Shown piece by piece: positions 12,031 through 24,294 of a stretch of 64,000 bases of DNA; within the stretch, counting starts at the first letter, position 1; each line of letters begins with the position of its first letter. Under the pieces are notes generated by a model, which saw only the letters and a program-made list of their open reading frames with translations, was not told the DNA's origin and did not search any database. The position numbers and the translations under genes were made by a program. Source of the DNA: Mobula hypostoma (taxonomy: Eukaryota); NCBI RefSeq assembly GCF_963921235.1, contig NC_086109.1, forward strand, positions 28,894,001-28,958,000, written 5' to 3'.

Positions 12031-14208
12031 TGTAATGCATGGATCTATTTCTTTTAGAGCAATGACTCCCCTTAGCACTATGTATTGATCTGTTGTCTAT
12101 GCATGCACATTGATCTGCTCTCCCTCTGTCACTGCAATGTGAATACACTAGTTAAAGCCACCTCCTGTGTGTGTGTTTTTATTTAATTGATATGTAGTTG
12201 CAAAGACACAACAAATTGACGATGAGCATGAACCTGAATATCAGAGAATATCACCAACTGAGCCAACAGGTACAGGACAAAACAGTGAGAGTTAAATAGC
12301 ACAGAGGCCATTGCAGACACTTGAGTAACTGCCTGCAAAAATACACAGTGAAAGATGCAACTCAAAAACTTAAAGTGAAGATAACATGGCGATGGCTTCA
12401 GTCAGGAAAGTGGATGAATTTGATAGCACTAATGAAGGCTGGAAGTCCTAAATCAAGAGGGTGGAGCTGTATTGTAAAACAGACAACATGGAGGAACAGA
12501 AGAAAGCTTGTCATGTCTTCCACTATTGGCAAGAAAAAAAGTCTTCAGACTGTGACCCAGCAGATGTTCCATACAGTTGTATGATGCATGGTGGACCAGT
12601 TGCCAGCAACAAATTCTGAAATACAAAAGGGAAACAAGGAATGACCCTACGTTGTCAAAACTCTATGAAATCATGATGCAAGAATGGCCAGCTCATGGTA
12701 ACCCTACTTTTCCAGAGATCCCAGATTTCCCTCGTATGTCAAAGAATACTGATGTGTGGATCTCGTATTGTGGTTCCCTCTAAACTGCACACCAGAGTGT
12801 TAGAGAGTCTGCATGAAGGACACCTGGGTACAGTCAAGATGAAGAGTCTCGCCCGGAGCCAAGTGTGGTGGCTGGGAGTAGATAAACAAATTGAAGACTT
12901 GGCCAAAAGCTGTTCGGGATGCCAAAAAAGTTCAAAATGCACCCTTACAGGCACTGCTACGCACATGGGAGTGGCTGTCTTCACCATGACAAAAACTACA
13001 TATAGACTTTGTGGGTCATTCATGGATTCCATGTTTCTGATTGCTGTGGATGCTCATTCGAAGTGGCCGGAGGTTGTTCCAATGAAGTCAACCACCTCAA
13101 CAAAGACTGTCTCTACTCTGAGGACTATCTTCACCAGAAACTGATTACCAGAACAAAATGTGAGTGACAATGGACCACAATAGACATCAGAAGAATTCCT
13201 AATGTTCATGAAGAAAAAATGGCATCAGGCATTTCAAGTCAGCTCCTCACCACCCGGCAATGAATGGGTTAACTGAAAGGTTTGTCCAAGCTTCTAAGAA
13301 GACCATTAAAACAATGGACAAGGAGGACACTTTTCTACAGCACAAGGTGGACAACTTTATTTTTTTATATCAGAACTCTGTTCATGCGACAAATCAAACT
13401 CCTACAACACTGTTCTTCAGCAGGAATCTGAGATCTCGCATAGATCTCCTGAAACCAGATCTATAGAGGGAAGTGCAGAATAAACAGTTCAGCCAATTGC
13501 CAAGTGAAGCAGCAAGGAGATTCGAGGTTGGACAGGAAGCCCTAGCACATGATTACCAAGAAGACAAGTGGACACTCGGTGGGCTAGCTACAAGAACTGG
13601 ACCACTGATGTGTAATGTGGATGTTGGAAATCCAACATGGAGGCATCATGTGGACCAGATACTGGATGCTTAACTGAAGAACACACAGGAGTCGATTGCA
13701 TCCAACAAGATGGACCCATTACAGTCACCAGACTTACCTCTCAGTGATGATCATGTCACTGACAGCAATGTGTCACCGGAAACCGAGAACAATGTCTTTG
13801 ATAAGATACTTGCCAAAGCTGATGCCGCTCCACAGGTCCAGGGGCACTATTCTGAAAGAAACAGAGCACCACTCAAAAGATTGAATCCTTAGAACCATGA
13901 AGTTAATCATGGACTGTAATTCTGAAAGCATGTTTATTTGGAATATGGGTTGTGAAAGTGAAATTGGACGTTTCTGTACATATACAGTCATATGTTCCAT
14001 TAATCTAAAGAGGGAGAAAGTGCAAAATATGGAACTATTTCGTTTAGAGCAATGACCCCCCCCCCCCCCCAGCACTACATATTGATCTGTTGTCTATGCA
14101 TGCACATCGGTCTGCCCTTTCTCTCGCTGCAACGAGAATAGACCAGTTAAAGCCATCTCTGCGTGCGTGCTTGTATATAATTGATATGTAGTTGCAAAGA
14201 CACAACCA
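12031..14208 (+). mobile_element. Mag-like (K02A2.6-type) Gypsy LTR element, internally deleted
   Basis: LTRs 12031-12213 and 14021-14208, 4-bp TSD ctat, PBS tgacgatgagcatg (degenerate tRNA-Ser-GCT type), PPT aaagagggagaaag 14007-14020, gag N-terminus joined to integrase. Confidence 0.9.
12610..13680 (+). pseudogene. Gypsy integrase pseudogene
   Basis: LHEGHLGTVKMKSLARS.VWW...CSGC zinc domain; FLIAVDAHSKWPEV; SDNGPQ; NGLTERFVQ; multiple stops and frameshifts. Confidence 0.9.
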
Positions 14209-15399
14209 CTATAGTGTAAATAACTACAGACTATATTAATATATAAAGGAATGAAAACATAGGGCAAATGGAGGAGAAAAATGTTGAAATGTTCTTCTCT
14301 TTTCTCGGTCAGGCTTTATGCTTTTTCTGACAGTAAAGAGAAATGCAAATTCTATGAGGTGTTAATTTTTTTTAGCAAGAAGATTTGATCTGAAGATGGC
14401 TTTACTCTGAACAATTTTGCAGATTTGTTAGGGCATTGATTGGTGTAAATCTAATATAAAATGCATGCAGTTTGTTTTGGTGAATGGAAATTAGAGGGTA
14501 CAATTGAGTAAACTGTAGATAAGCAAGTAATCTCACTCAAGTTTAACTTAGATAACTTAATTGCATTTCTCATTAATCTTTTCATGACATTTTCATTAAT
14601 GAATGTGACAGCAGAAGGCAGTCAAGCAAGGCAGCGGACATTGCATTCATGTACAAAGAAGCCAGATTTTCACAGACTTGGTTTTCGGGAACCCCTCAAC
14701 TGAAGAAATTGGCATTAGCAGCCACAGAATACAGGTATCCATGGCAGCCAATCCTCCAGGAATTTTACTTGTGCGCACAGGGAAGTTGTACTGCCACCCT
14801 GACTGCAGCAGAGCTATAGGATTGTGGAGAGGCATGCATAAAAGATGAATATGCTACAGCATCTCATAATAATAAAAGATAAAGCTTCACAGGCTGATGA
14901 TCATAAGGGTAAGGTTTCTGCTTTTGGTCAAATTGGCAGTCTTTCAATTTGTGCCCAAATGTGTGCCAAATGATTTTTGCTCAAATTCAAATGTGCATTG
15001 CAGAAAGCAATATTTTGCAAAGTCTCAGAATATCAATTGAAAAAAAAAACCCATGGTAATCTCTCAGTATTTTGTTTAAAAGAAGATCCTTGATATATTA
15101 CAGTGTATTAACTTGGCTCTTTTACAACAATATGGCCAAAACTAGAGTTATCACAAACAGTAAACATTTTCATTCGTAATCTCCGTGCAGCATCTATGGA
15201 TAACATTTTTAATTATTGCCAATGGCTTTCAAGATATAAAAATAATGTATGGAAACTCTTTCTTAATAGATTGTGGTTACAGTGGTTGGTCACATAATGA
15301 ATTTAAGGAACATATAGCTAGAATTGGAAGCAAAGAATATAAAAAATGCTGGCGATCTCAAATAAGAACAGAAAATGCTGGAAATGGAGGTAATGCCAC

Positions 15400-15815
15400 A
15401 GACATGTTTCTCATGTACCTGCAGGAGATGCAACACCCTTTCTTTTCCCTCTTCCTGTCACACCAACTAGGGACACAAACAGCCCATCCAGATGAAGTAA
15501 GGTTTCATTAACACATCTTCGAATCTAATCAACTGCGATTCAGTATTCAGAACATGGTCTCGCCTTCACAGGAGAAATCATATGCAGATTGGTTGAGCAG
15601 TTGTGAAACTCCTTGGTTCAATTTGCCTGGAGAGCACTGAGTTTCCTAGAGTCTGCCATGTTAATTCTCCATTACAGTCCATTTTGGCACATATGTCTGT
15701 AGCCTCCTGCACTGATAACACACCCAATATAAGCTTCAGGAGCAACATTCATCTTCCAGCTGGGCATGATGCAGCCCTATGGCCCTAATATTGAATTTAC
15801 AATGTCAGATAACTC
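15400..15815 (+). mobile_element. Old Penelope-like GIY-YIG fragment
   Basis: Degenerate match to the 20408-20734 coding strand (ggagcaacattcatcttccagctgggca...gcagcc...taatattgaattt). Confidence 0.55.
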
Positions 15816-15989
15816 ATTTTCTTTGTTTTTTTCCCCTCTCCCTCTCCTCGCCCCCTACTTTTGTAACAATGCAGTTTTTGGTGCAAATTTATTTTATTAG
15901 CTCAGCAATCAACACAATTTCACATTACAGATTTCCCATTTGCTCTTCCTTGTAAAATAAATTCTTACCACTTTGGGAAGCTGTCCTAT

Positions 15990-16203
15990 AAAGTTTACAT
16001 TGAAGATCAGGATATTTTCTTTCTTGTTTTGTATTTGCACAGTATGTCTTCTTTTGTACATTAGTTGCTTGTCAGTCTTAGTGTGTAATTTTTCATTGAT
16101 TCTGTTGTATTTCTTTGCTCTACTGTGGATGCCAGTGAGAAAATCAATCTCACGGTAGTATATGGTGACATACACATACTTCAATATTAAATTTACTTTG
16201 AAC
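15990..16203 (+). mobile_element. Rex1-like 3' tail fragment
   Basis: aatctca.ggtagtatatggtgacatacac.tact..ataaatttactttga, same tail as 31540-31700; reverse copy at 58935-59250. Confidence 0.6.
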
Positions 16204-17235
16204 AATTAAACTGAAAACAGAATGTGGATTTACTTTGCACCTTTCCATCTTAGCCAAACATTTTTGGCCTGATACTTTAAGATTCTGCTGAAGTTAAGTG
16301 GGCATTTATTTCATAATCAAATCAGAGGTGCAAGTGTAATGGACAAGCTGAAAATCAATAAGCGTTTTGATACATTTTAACTAGTGAAGAAAATAGTAAA
16401 ACAGTATATAAGGTGAAATGTTAATTATTTCAATGATTAGATATTAGGTACAAACCTCTCCAATCTGGTTCCTATACTTCCATGATATAGGTCTGACAAA
16501 ACAGATTTTAAGAGTTTGTTCCCTCTTCTTACTGTGGCTGTGTTTGTTCTGTTGACCTTGCGAAATGTACTTTTGGTGGCTGAACAAGACAGTTACCTAC
16601 ACCAGACCTGACTGATGTCTTGAACAAGTAGATAATTTTATTACAAAAGGAATGGAGTCAGACTTGACAACTTTGGGGAGGAGAACACAATAACATCCTC
16701 AAATAATTGAAAATACATCTACAGATCAGTGCAAATGAGAGAAAACAATGTCTGAAAGGGTAGAATGCAACAGTGGAAAAGAAGATTGTTGTGTCATTCA
16801 TGTCAGCTTGAAATCTGTGGACTTCTGCTTTACATTGTGCCTCCTTTCCTACATCATAATATTTTTTGTGTCCCGATATGTATACAAGAAAAGTAAGTGA
16901 TCAAAGTTTTCTTATCATGGTTGTTTATGTCTCAAACATATTTTAGTTAATCCCAGTAGTTCCATGATAATGGAACAATATTGAATTTGGCAGAGAGATA
17001 CAGTTTCCAACTCTTCTGCTGAATTTAAGTGAACATATTGAAATAATTAGTCAAAAGGTGTTTCCCTACTTATGAAGTCTATAGTCAGTCCTTTTTTTTC
17101 CCCTAATAGGACAGGGAATGATATTGCAGAGAATATCATTCTTTACAGAGAATCATATTACTGAATGTAAGATGTTTATAAATAACATGTCCTATTAAAA
17201 TTTCTAAATTATGCATTTTTTTTTAAAGTATAGCT

Positions 17236-17793
17236 GTGTTCGTCCATCATCGTTGATGAGGACCTCGACACCATTATGATGGTGTCGAGATTAGCGCGTG
17301 ATTTGGATTTAAGTGAGGGAGAGTTGCGCAGCGTCAGCCTCACTCTCTCTTCCCAATTCCCATCTGGATCCAGTGGCAAGACAGAGTCGAGACAGCTGGA
17401 GATGGGACTAGGCGCAGTGGATGACTAGGACGTCTTCTGAGTCTTGTCCTGCTCTACATGTTCCACCACGCTTGCAGAGACTGCCTTCTTGACTGTTGGA
17501 CCTTCCATTGGTCTCGTCCGCTCAATCCGCTGGAGTCCGTCTTCACATGCTGGGATAGACATCTCCCTATCTCACCGAGGGTTTAAGACCCGTCAGCTAC
17601 CCTCACCTGGTTTAGTCGGCTTGTTGAAGCCGTTGCCCAGGGTGTGGCCGCTGTCGCATGCAAACAGCTACAGGGAGCCACAGGTGACAGCTGTGTGCCA
17701 GGTGGGGACCAAGGGTGGACTAACTGCTTTGATAAGGACACGACCTGTTCCCCCACCAGAGGTGCTACCCCTCCCTGACACCCCATTCACCCC
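17236..17793 (-). mobile_element. Young non-autonomous retroposon (possibly RTE-related) with perfect 10-bp TSD
   Basis: aagtatagct at 17226-17235 and 17794-17803; GC/CpG-rich 558-bp body; 11-bp perfect hairpin 17264-17289; family and strand inferred. Confidence 0.75.
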
Positions 17794-18869
17794 AAGTATA
17801 GCTAATATCCCGAGAATGCATGGACCTTTCTCTAATTCAAAAGAGTGCTAAGGATATGCTTATACTGTATATGGGGTGATATTATGGCATGGACAATTAC
17901 TGGTGAGGGAATGATACAGTAGCTTCAGATCATCAGAGGTGTGGTTAAAATCTAATATCCCAAATTTGCCATTCAGATTGCACTGTTCCACAGATAGTTT
18001 TGCAAAATGTCATCTCATTGTCTGGCTCAATATTGACTTGCACTGAATAACAAAAAGGGTTTCATTTGTCTGGTAGTTATAAACTAAATAGCACACGGTC
18101 TTAAAATGTTCCTATTCCAGTCTATTAACAATAAATCTCCTTGAGATTAAGATTAATATTGTATGTGGGGAATTTCATTCCTTCAGGTAATAATTGTGGA
18201 ACATTTCCAAAATGAAATTTTATAATTCTGTTGTGACTATTTTTCTCTACCTTAATCCAGTCTTTCTTACTTTCCATTTAACTCTCTATTCTTCATTTGA
18301 CGATGAAATTACTCGCTCTAAAATTATATTACTTTCTTAATCATTGTTCTGTTAAGTCTACACCCCTTCAATCTGACTGGTGAAGGACATATACCTGGCT
18401 AGAATTTTTTTCTAGATTACTAAATGTGGAATTTAATTGTGGCTGCATGTTTCACTTCTGAACTTTTTGGGTTAGACTGCAGTTATTAATACTATGTTGA
18501 AAATTTAGCATCCACAGATGGATTTGTGGGCAATAGTTATGAGCTCCATTGAACCAGGTCCAGATACAATGTGCCATTGATGACAAATGGTATTGACAAC
18601 TGGCTGAGTTTCTGGTTTGGTGAAAGGTTGTAAAAGCTTTTATTTTGTGGATAGTTTGCATGGCATCATGCTACTTCCATTAAGATCTCTCCAAGACCGC
18701 ACCAACCTATTGAGTCTCAGCTCAGATTTAATTGTTTTTTGAAATTGTTTATGTTTTAATTGTTTTTTAGTTTCAAAATGTACGTTTTGGGAACGGAAAA
18801 TGAAGTTAAGGTTCATCTTACGATTTTAAGAACAGGGATGTGGGGAATTAAAGATCAGTCCAGAATCGA

Positions 18870-19575
18870 AGTCTCTGCTTGACATTTGAAGACCAGCGAC
18901 ATAGGCATGTTTGGATGTCGGATGTCAGACTAACAGAAAATGGATGACAGTTCCTCAACCCTACCCACCACCACCCTCACCACAGGTCAACAAGTTGCTG
19001 GCAGGTTTTAGATTTGAGTTCCATGCAGGCAGAAGTTTGCAAATCAGTGAGACCAGGATTCAAGGCCTAGTGTTTGGGATCCAGCCATCAGTGCTTCTGG
19101 ATTTTGAGCCCTGGTGTTCGATAATCGGCATGTCCTGGGTTTGTTGCCAAGGATGGAGATCCATGGACAAATTGGAAGTTCAGAAGTTGAGGCCTGTTGG
19201 CTGGAGCTGAGTCCGTGAATCTCTACGAGTGTGCTGGAGAAGTCAAACCCGAGTGTCGGCAGGCTGCGGTTTGCGTCTGCGTCTACAGACCCAACAGGTC
19301 TACAGGTCCACTGGAGGCAGGTCCTGGAGTAACAGGGTTGTATATGTGTGTGGGTGGAAAAGAGGAACAGGGCTTGTTGTTGCTGTTGTCGTTTGTTGCT
19401 TTTTGTGTTCTGTGCTCCTCTGCTAAGCATCGCAGCCATCGTATGTTGGCAGAATCTGTGGTGACACGTGCGGGCGGCCCCAAATACAACCTCCACTGTG
19501 TTGGTTGTTGACACAAAAGATGCATTTCACTGAATGTTTTGATAAACACGTGACAAATAAACTTGAATATTGATC
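18870..19575 (+). mobile_element. Non-autonomous SINE-like element with LINE-derived tail
   Basis: 3' part (gcatttcactg.atgttttgat..acacgtgacaaataaac) is shared in reverse with 34850-35500 and 51470-52290; 5' limit uncertain. Confidence 0.6.
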
Positions 19576-19709
19576 ATTAAAATAAGGTCACTGAAAATAA
19601 AACACTTTTTGGAGATCAACGTTAAATAATTTGTGTAATCAAATGTGGAGTGGGTCCATCTTTTATAGATGTTACTTGGCAAATAAGAAGGTGGAGAAAG
19701 GCAGACTTT

Positions 19710-19840
19710 GTCCTGATGGAGGGTATTAGCCTGAAATATTGACTGCTAACACCACTCTATAGATGCTACCTGACTTGCTGAATTCCTCCAGCATTTTGTG
19801 TGTTTCTCAAGATTTCCAGCATCTGCAGAATCCCTTGTGT
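19710..19840 (+). mobile_element. Penelope-like pLTR fragment
   Basis: Degenerate hammerhead motif (gtcctgatggagggtattagcctgaaatattgac) plus conserved terminus. Confidence 0.7.
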
Positions 19841-20075
19841 TACTTATCTGCAGGCCAGAAGGAGCACCTGGGCTTTCTCTGAAGATCTGGGTATTCTCAA
19901 AATTTTCTGTCCAGCTGCTCACAGAAAAATATGTTCACTTACAATACTGTGTAAAAGATATATCTATCTATGGTCACAAACAACAGGAATTCTGCAGATG
20001 CTGGAAATTCAAGCAACATACATCAAAGTTGCTGGTGAACGCAGCAGGCCAAGCAGCATCTATAGGAAGAGGTGC

Positions 20076-20111
20076 AGTCGACGTTTCAGGCCGAGACCCT
20101 TCGTCAGGACT
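20076..20111 (-). ncRNA. Minimal type I hammerhead ribozyme motif (Penelope pLTR)
   Basis: Sense: AGUC-CUGACGA-AGGgucucggCCU-GAAA-CG-UC-GACU; intact core, helix I and II, palindromic ACGU helix III. Confidence 0.8.
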
Positions 20112-20407
20112 AACTGAAGGAAGAGTGAGTAAGGGATTTGAAAGCTGGAGGGGGAGGGGGAGATGCAAAATGATAGGAGAAGACAGGAGGGGGAGGGATA
20201 GAGCCGAGAGCTGGACAGGTGATAGGCAAAAGGGGATACGAGAGGATCATGGGACAGGAGGTCTGGGAAGAAAGACAAGGGGGGGAGGTGACCCAGAGGA
20301 TGGGCAAGAGGTATATTCAGAGGGACAGAGGGAGAAAAAGGAGAGTGAGAGAAAGAATGTGTGCATAAAAATGAGTAACAGATGGGGTACAAGGGGGAGG
20401 TGGGGCC

Positions 20408-20734
20408 TTAGCGGAAGTTAGAGAAGTCAATGTTCATGCCATCAGGTTGGAGGCTACCCAGACGGAATATAAGGTGTTGTTCCTCCAACCTGAGTGTGGC
20501 TTCATCTTTACAGTAGAGGAGGCCGTGGATAGACATGTCAGAATGGGAATGGGATGTGGAATTAAAATGTGTGGCCACTGGGAGATCCTGCTTTCTCTGG
20601 CGGACAGAGCGTAGATGTTCAGCAAAGCGGTCTCCCAGTCTGCGTCGGGTCTCACCAATATATAAAAGGCCACATCGGGAGCACCGGACGCAGTATATCA
20701 CCCCAGTCGACTCACAGGTGAAGTGATGCCTCAC
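20408..20734 (-). pseudogene. Penelope GIY-YIG endonuclease domain (open C-terminal part of truncated ORF)
   Basis: GVIYCVRCSRCGLLYIGETRRRLGDRFAEH...VATHFN...EQHLIFRLGSLQPDGMN. Confidence 0.9.
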
Positions 20735-22340
20735 CTGGAAGGACTGTTTGGGGCCCTGAATGGTGGTAAGGGAGGAAGTGTAAGGGCATGTGTAGCACTT
20801 GTTCCGCTTACACGGATAAGTGCCAGGAGGGAGATCAGTGGGGAGGGATGGGGGGGACGAATGGACAAGGGAGTTGTGTAGGGAGCAATCCCTGCAGAAT
20901 GCAGAGGGGGGGGGAGGGAAAGATATGCTTAGTGGTGGGATCCCGTGTAAAAGATATATCTATCTATGGTGCCTGATATTTTTTCACCGCTCTGTAAGAA
21001 TTTTATGCATGCTGTTGCTGCAGCAAAAAAAAATTCATGACATATGTGAGTGATGATAAACCTGATTTTGATATGGGTCTCTACTGTGGAGTGAGAGGAG
21101 GAAGGGGATAGGGTGAAGAGAATCATGGTTGGGAAACGAAGAAGGGAGAGGGGAGAGAGCGAGAAGCAGAGAGATATTCTATAATGATCAATAAACCAGT
21201 TGTTTGGAATCAAATGACCTTGGCTGATGGCTCAGTGCTGGGTGTATCTGTACCAATGCCACCTCCCCCAGCCCCAGCACTCCTCCTCTGCTACCTGTCC
21301 CACACCCCTCCCGCGGCACTCCACCCTCGCCATTTACAAACACACTCTCCACTCCATATTGACAAATACCGTAGTGTGCAAAAATCTTTGGCACCCTGGT
21401 TATATCGACATGCCTAAGAATTTAAGCACAGTGCTGTACAGTTAACCAAATGGTTTAATCTCTTGTAAATATTCCAGAAACAGAGATACTTGGGAAACTA
21501 GAGCCAATATTTCTTCAACAACCCTAGAAAATACTTCAGTAAATCAACATCGAAATGAAAGAAAACTTGACATTATGTCATTGAACAAACTGGGTGACAG
21601 CAAATCAGCAGATTCATGTACATCTCCACCACATTTTATTATTGCAAGGTTTGCCTGGTCACTTTGACTCTGCTGTTCAAACTTTGCTTGTTATCACATT
21701 TCAAAGGTCGATTTCAATATCAGAGAGTATATAGAGTATACAACCTGAAATTCTTACTTTTCACAGACATGCATGAAACAAGAATCCCATAGATTAAATA
21801 ATCGAAACATCAAAGACCCAAAGATCCCCCCCCCCTTCCTCTTTGCACGAGCAGCAGCTGAAGCTAATATGAGAGCTGGTTTGATTCAGTCACTGCATGT
21901 TCAAACTGATGGGGCTTATGAAATTCAAATTACCTGGCAGCCAAGTGCATGTTGACATATCCAAATTTTATTAAATACAGAAATCCAGCAAAGTGCTAGA
22001 ATTTCTGAACAGGAACCAGTACAACCTGAGCAGATAACCAACACATAGACTAGGTCCTGTCTATCTCCAATGATAGTCCAAGCACACTGTGCTGACGACT
22101 ATGAAGCTCTGAGCCCATCAACTCATCAGTAAGCTGCCTCCCTGCTCCCTCCAACAGATTACAGTTTGGAAAACAAGAGGCCCTTCACGTAAGAGGCTGC
22201 AATTTTAAAGGGGATTTGAGAGAAACAATTTTTTTTAAACAGAGTGTTGAAATCTGGAGCTTGTTGTGAAAGGAAGTGATGGAATCATGATGTTTCAGTG
22301 ACATTTGGAAGAATGCTGACTTCTTGGGCAGCAAGGTAAG

Positions 22341-22640
22341 AGGTGGTACAGTAGTGTGACAATTGGTATAATGGTATTACAACACCAGTGATCTCCAACC
22401 CAGTTTCAATTCACGTCACTCTCTGTAGGAAGTCTGTACATTCTCTCCATGACCTCTGAGTTCTCCGGTTTCCTCACACATTCCAAAGATATACAGTCAG
22501 GGCTGGTGTGTTACGGGCACTGGAAGAGTGGTGGCACTTGTGGGCTGCACCTCAAAATGCTCGCTGATTTGATTTAACGCAAATGACACATTTCACTTTA
22601 CATTTTGATTTTAAAGTCATAACTAAAGCTAATCTTTCTT
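22341..22640 (+). mobile_element. V-SINE-like element, degenerate
   Basis: tgtacattctctccatgacc...ctccggtttcctcacacattccaaaga core. Confidence 0.65.
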
Positions 22641-24294
22641 TCTTTCTAGTGTAAGCAAGTGGGATTCCTGTAGAAAGGTTAGCATGTGCACGATGGGCCA
22701 CAGTGCCCACAACTCCGACTTAGAAAAGCAGGTCTGGAGTGGGCAGCCTTCTTGGGTCTCCGGCCCCGTCTCCTGAGCAGGTTGCAGATGTGGTAAGCAA
22801 GAAGGGAAAGGGAAAGCGGAAAAAATACAAGGGTCATCAGCGATAAGGTTAATGACAGGAGATAGAAGGGAAAATAGGCCAAATAAACAGGGATGATGGC
22901 CGGACGAAGAGAAATGGGCATGCCAGAGGTGTAGATGATAACAACAGAATCAATACCAACCGCAGTTCTTGGAACAAATGGGAGAGGTGATTGTGATCTA
23001 AACTGTGCAATTCAGGACCCAACATGCTTAATCAAAAGAAGTGATGCAGTTGTTCTGGAGGCTGAATCTATGTAAAGTTACTTGTATAACCCAATACACC
23101 TCCGCCTATATAAAGACCTTGCATGTATTGAACATGGCAGCACTAAACTCTCAAACTGACTAAACAAATACACCACTCACCCTCCCACACAGGCATTCAC
23201 CCACATTCTTTAATCCTTGCAAAGATGAAATGCTAACCACATCCATTTTAGCAAGTAGCAAGTACTTGCATTTGAGGTGCACAATTACCAACCAACGGTC
23301 TGCAAAGCACTGCAAGCAAAACAAATCGCAGCTTGCCATATGTAAATACAGAGTGGAGTGAGCAATTTTTATCTTTTAAAAAAAGAGTCCCATGAGAAGA
23401 TCCAATTTCTGAGAACAAGTTAAAATTTCCTGTGTCACAGTACATTTAATGAGTTACATTTCAGTACCTGGTAAATGAACACTCCAGGATGATGTTGATG
23501 TCTTTAAGTGCTTGAAATGCTCGGAGATTTGATCTCAAGTTATGCTCAATTTATTTTATCACTTTGCTGTCAATACTGAGCCAACGGTGAAAGGGCAAGA
23601 TTTCAGAATATGGCTGCAGTTTTAGAAGACATTTTCTTGCTAAAGAAATGGGATTAGGATGTACTCACAGTAAAGGCATCAGGAGGTAGGTACTGAAGTC
23701 CAAGAGTTCATTGCATCTCCGTGAGTACATGACCTGGGATGGTAATTCCCTTAGTCACAGGGAAAGTCATGGCTTCCAACAACTAGTCACCAATTGAGAA
23801 TTTATAACTTCAGATAAAATAATTTAACACACAATAACATTTTTACTTGTTTACATGGTACTGTAGAAACCTGTGTATAATACAAGCAGGTGTATATAAT
23901 ATCAGAAGCTGCAGGGAACAATGTAAAAAATGCTTCAAAAGTGATTTTACAATGCAGGTGTATCAATGGCGAATTCTGCACTCTGTGCTATAAATATGCT
24001 ATTAGGAAATTGCACAATGCAAACATCTTTTCAAGTGGATGAAACTTAATAGAGAGTACAACAGTAATGTGAGGTGTGATTTTTTTTTCACGTGATCATA
24101 ATACAGGTAAAAGAAAGATCTGTTTTCTGACAGAGACTTACCCTCATAGAATGAATGTCATCGATTCAGGAATGTGTACCGTTGCTACATTGTTGATTCC
24201 GTACTTCAGTTTGCAAAAGTGCCAGGATATTAATTCAGTAAAATTACCACTTAGATGTTTACCACTTCAGAGTCGAAAGTCTTGAAATTGCACT

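Larger units (their letters stand above)
19975..20944 (-). mobile_element. 5'-truncated Penelope-like element (Neptune-type) with long target duplication
   Basis: Cys linker CKRNKCYTC + GIY-YIG domain, 3' region with hammerhead; gtgtaaaagatatatctatctatggt at 19949-19974 and 20945-20970. Confidence 0.92.
19942..21436. mobile_element. Tc1-type composite MITE, copy 1 (left cap interrupted by a Penelope insertion)
   Basis: TA|caatactgtgtaaaag ... gcacagtgctg|TA; internal 21000-21368 aligns with 34117-34495; right hairpin cap 21369-21436. Confidence 0.75.

Noticed and set aside
19798..20421. 207-aa ORF and similar ORFs at 61037-61691 and 35790-36181
   Set aside because: Read-through of low-complexity Penelope UTR sequence.
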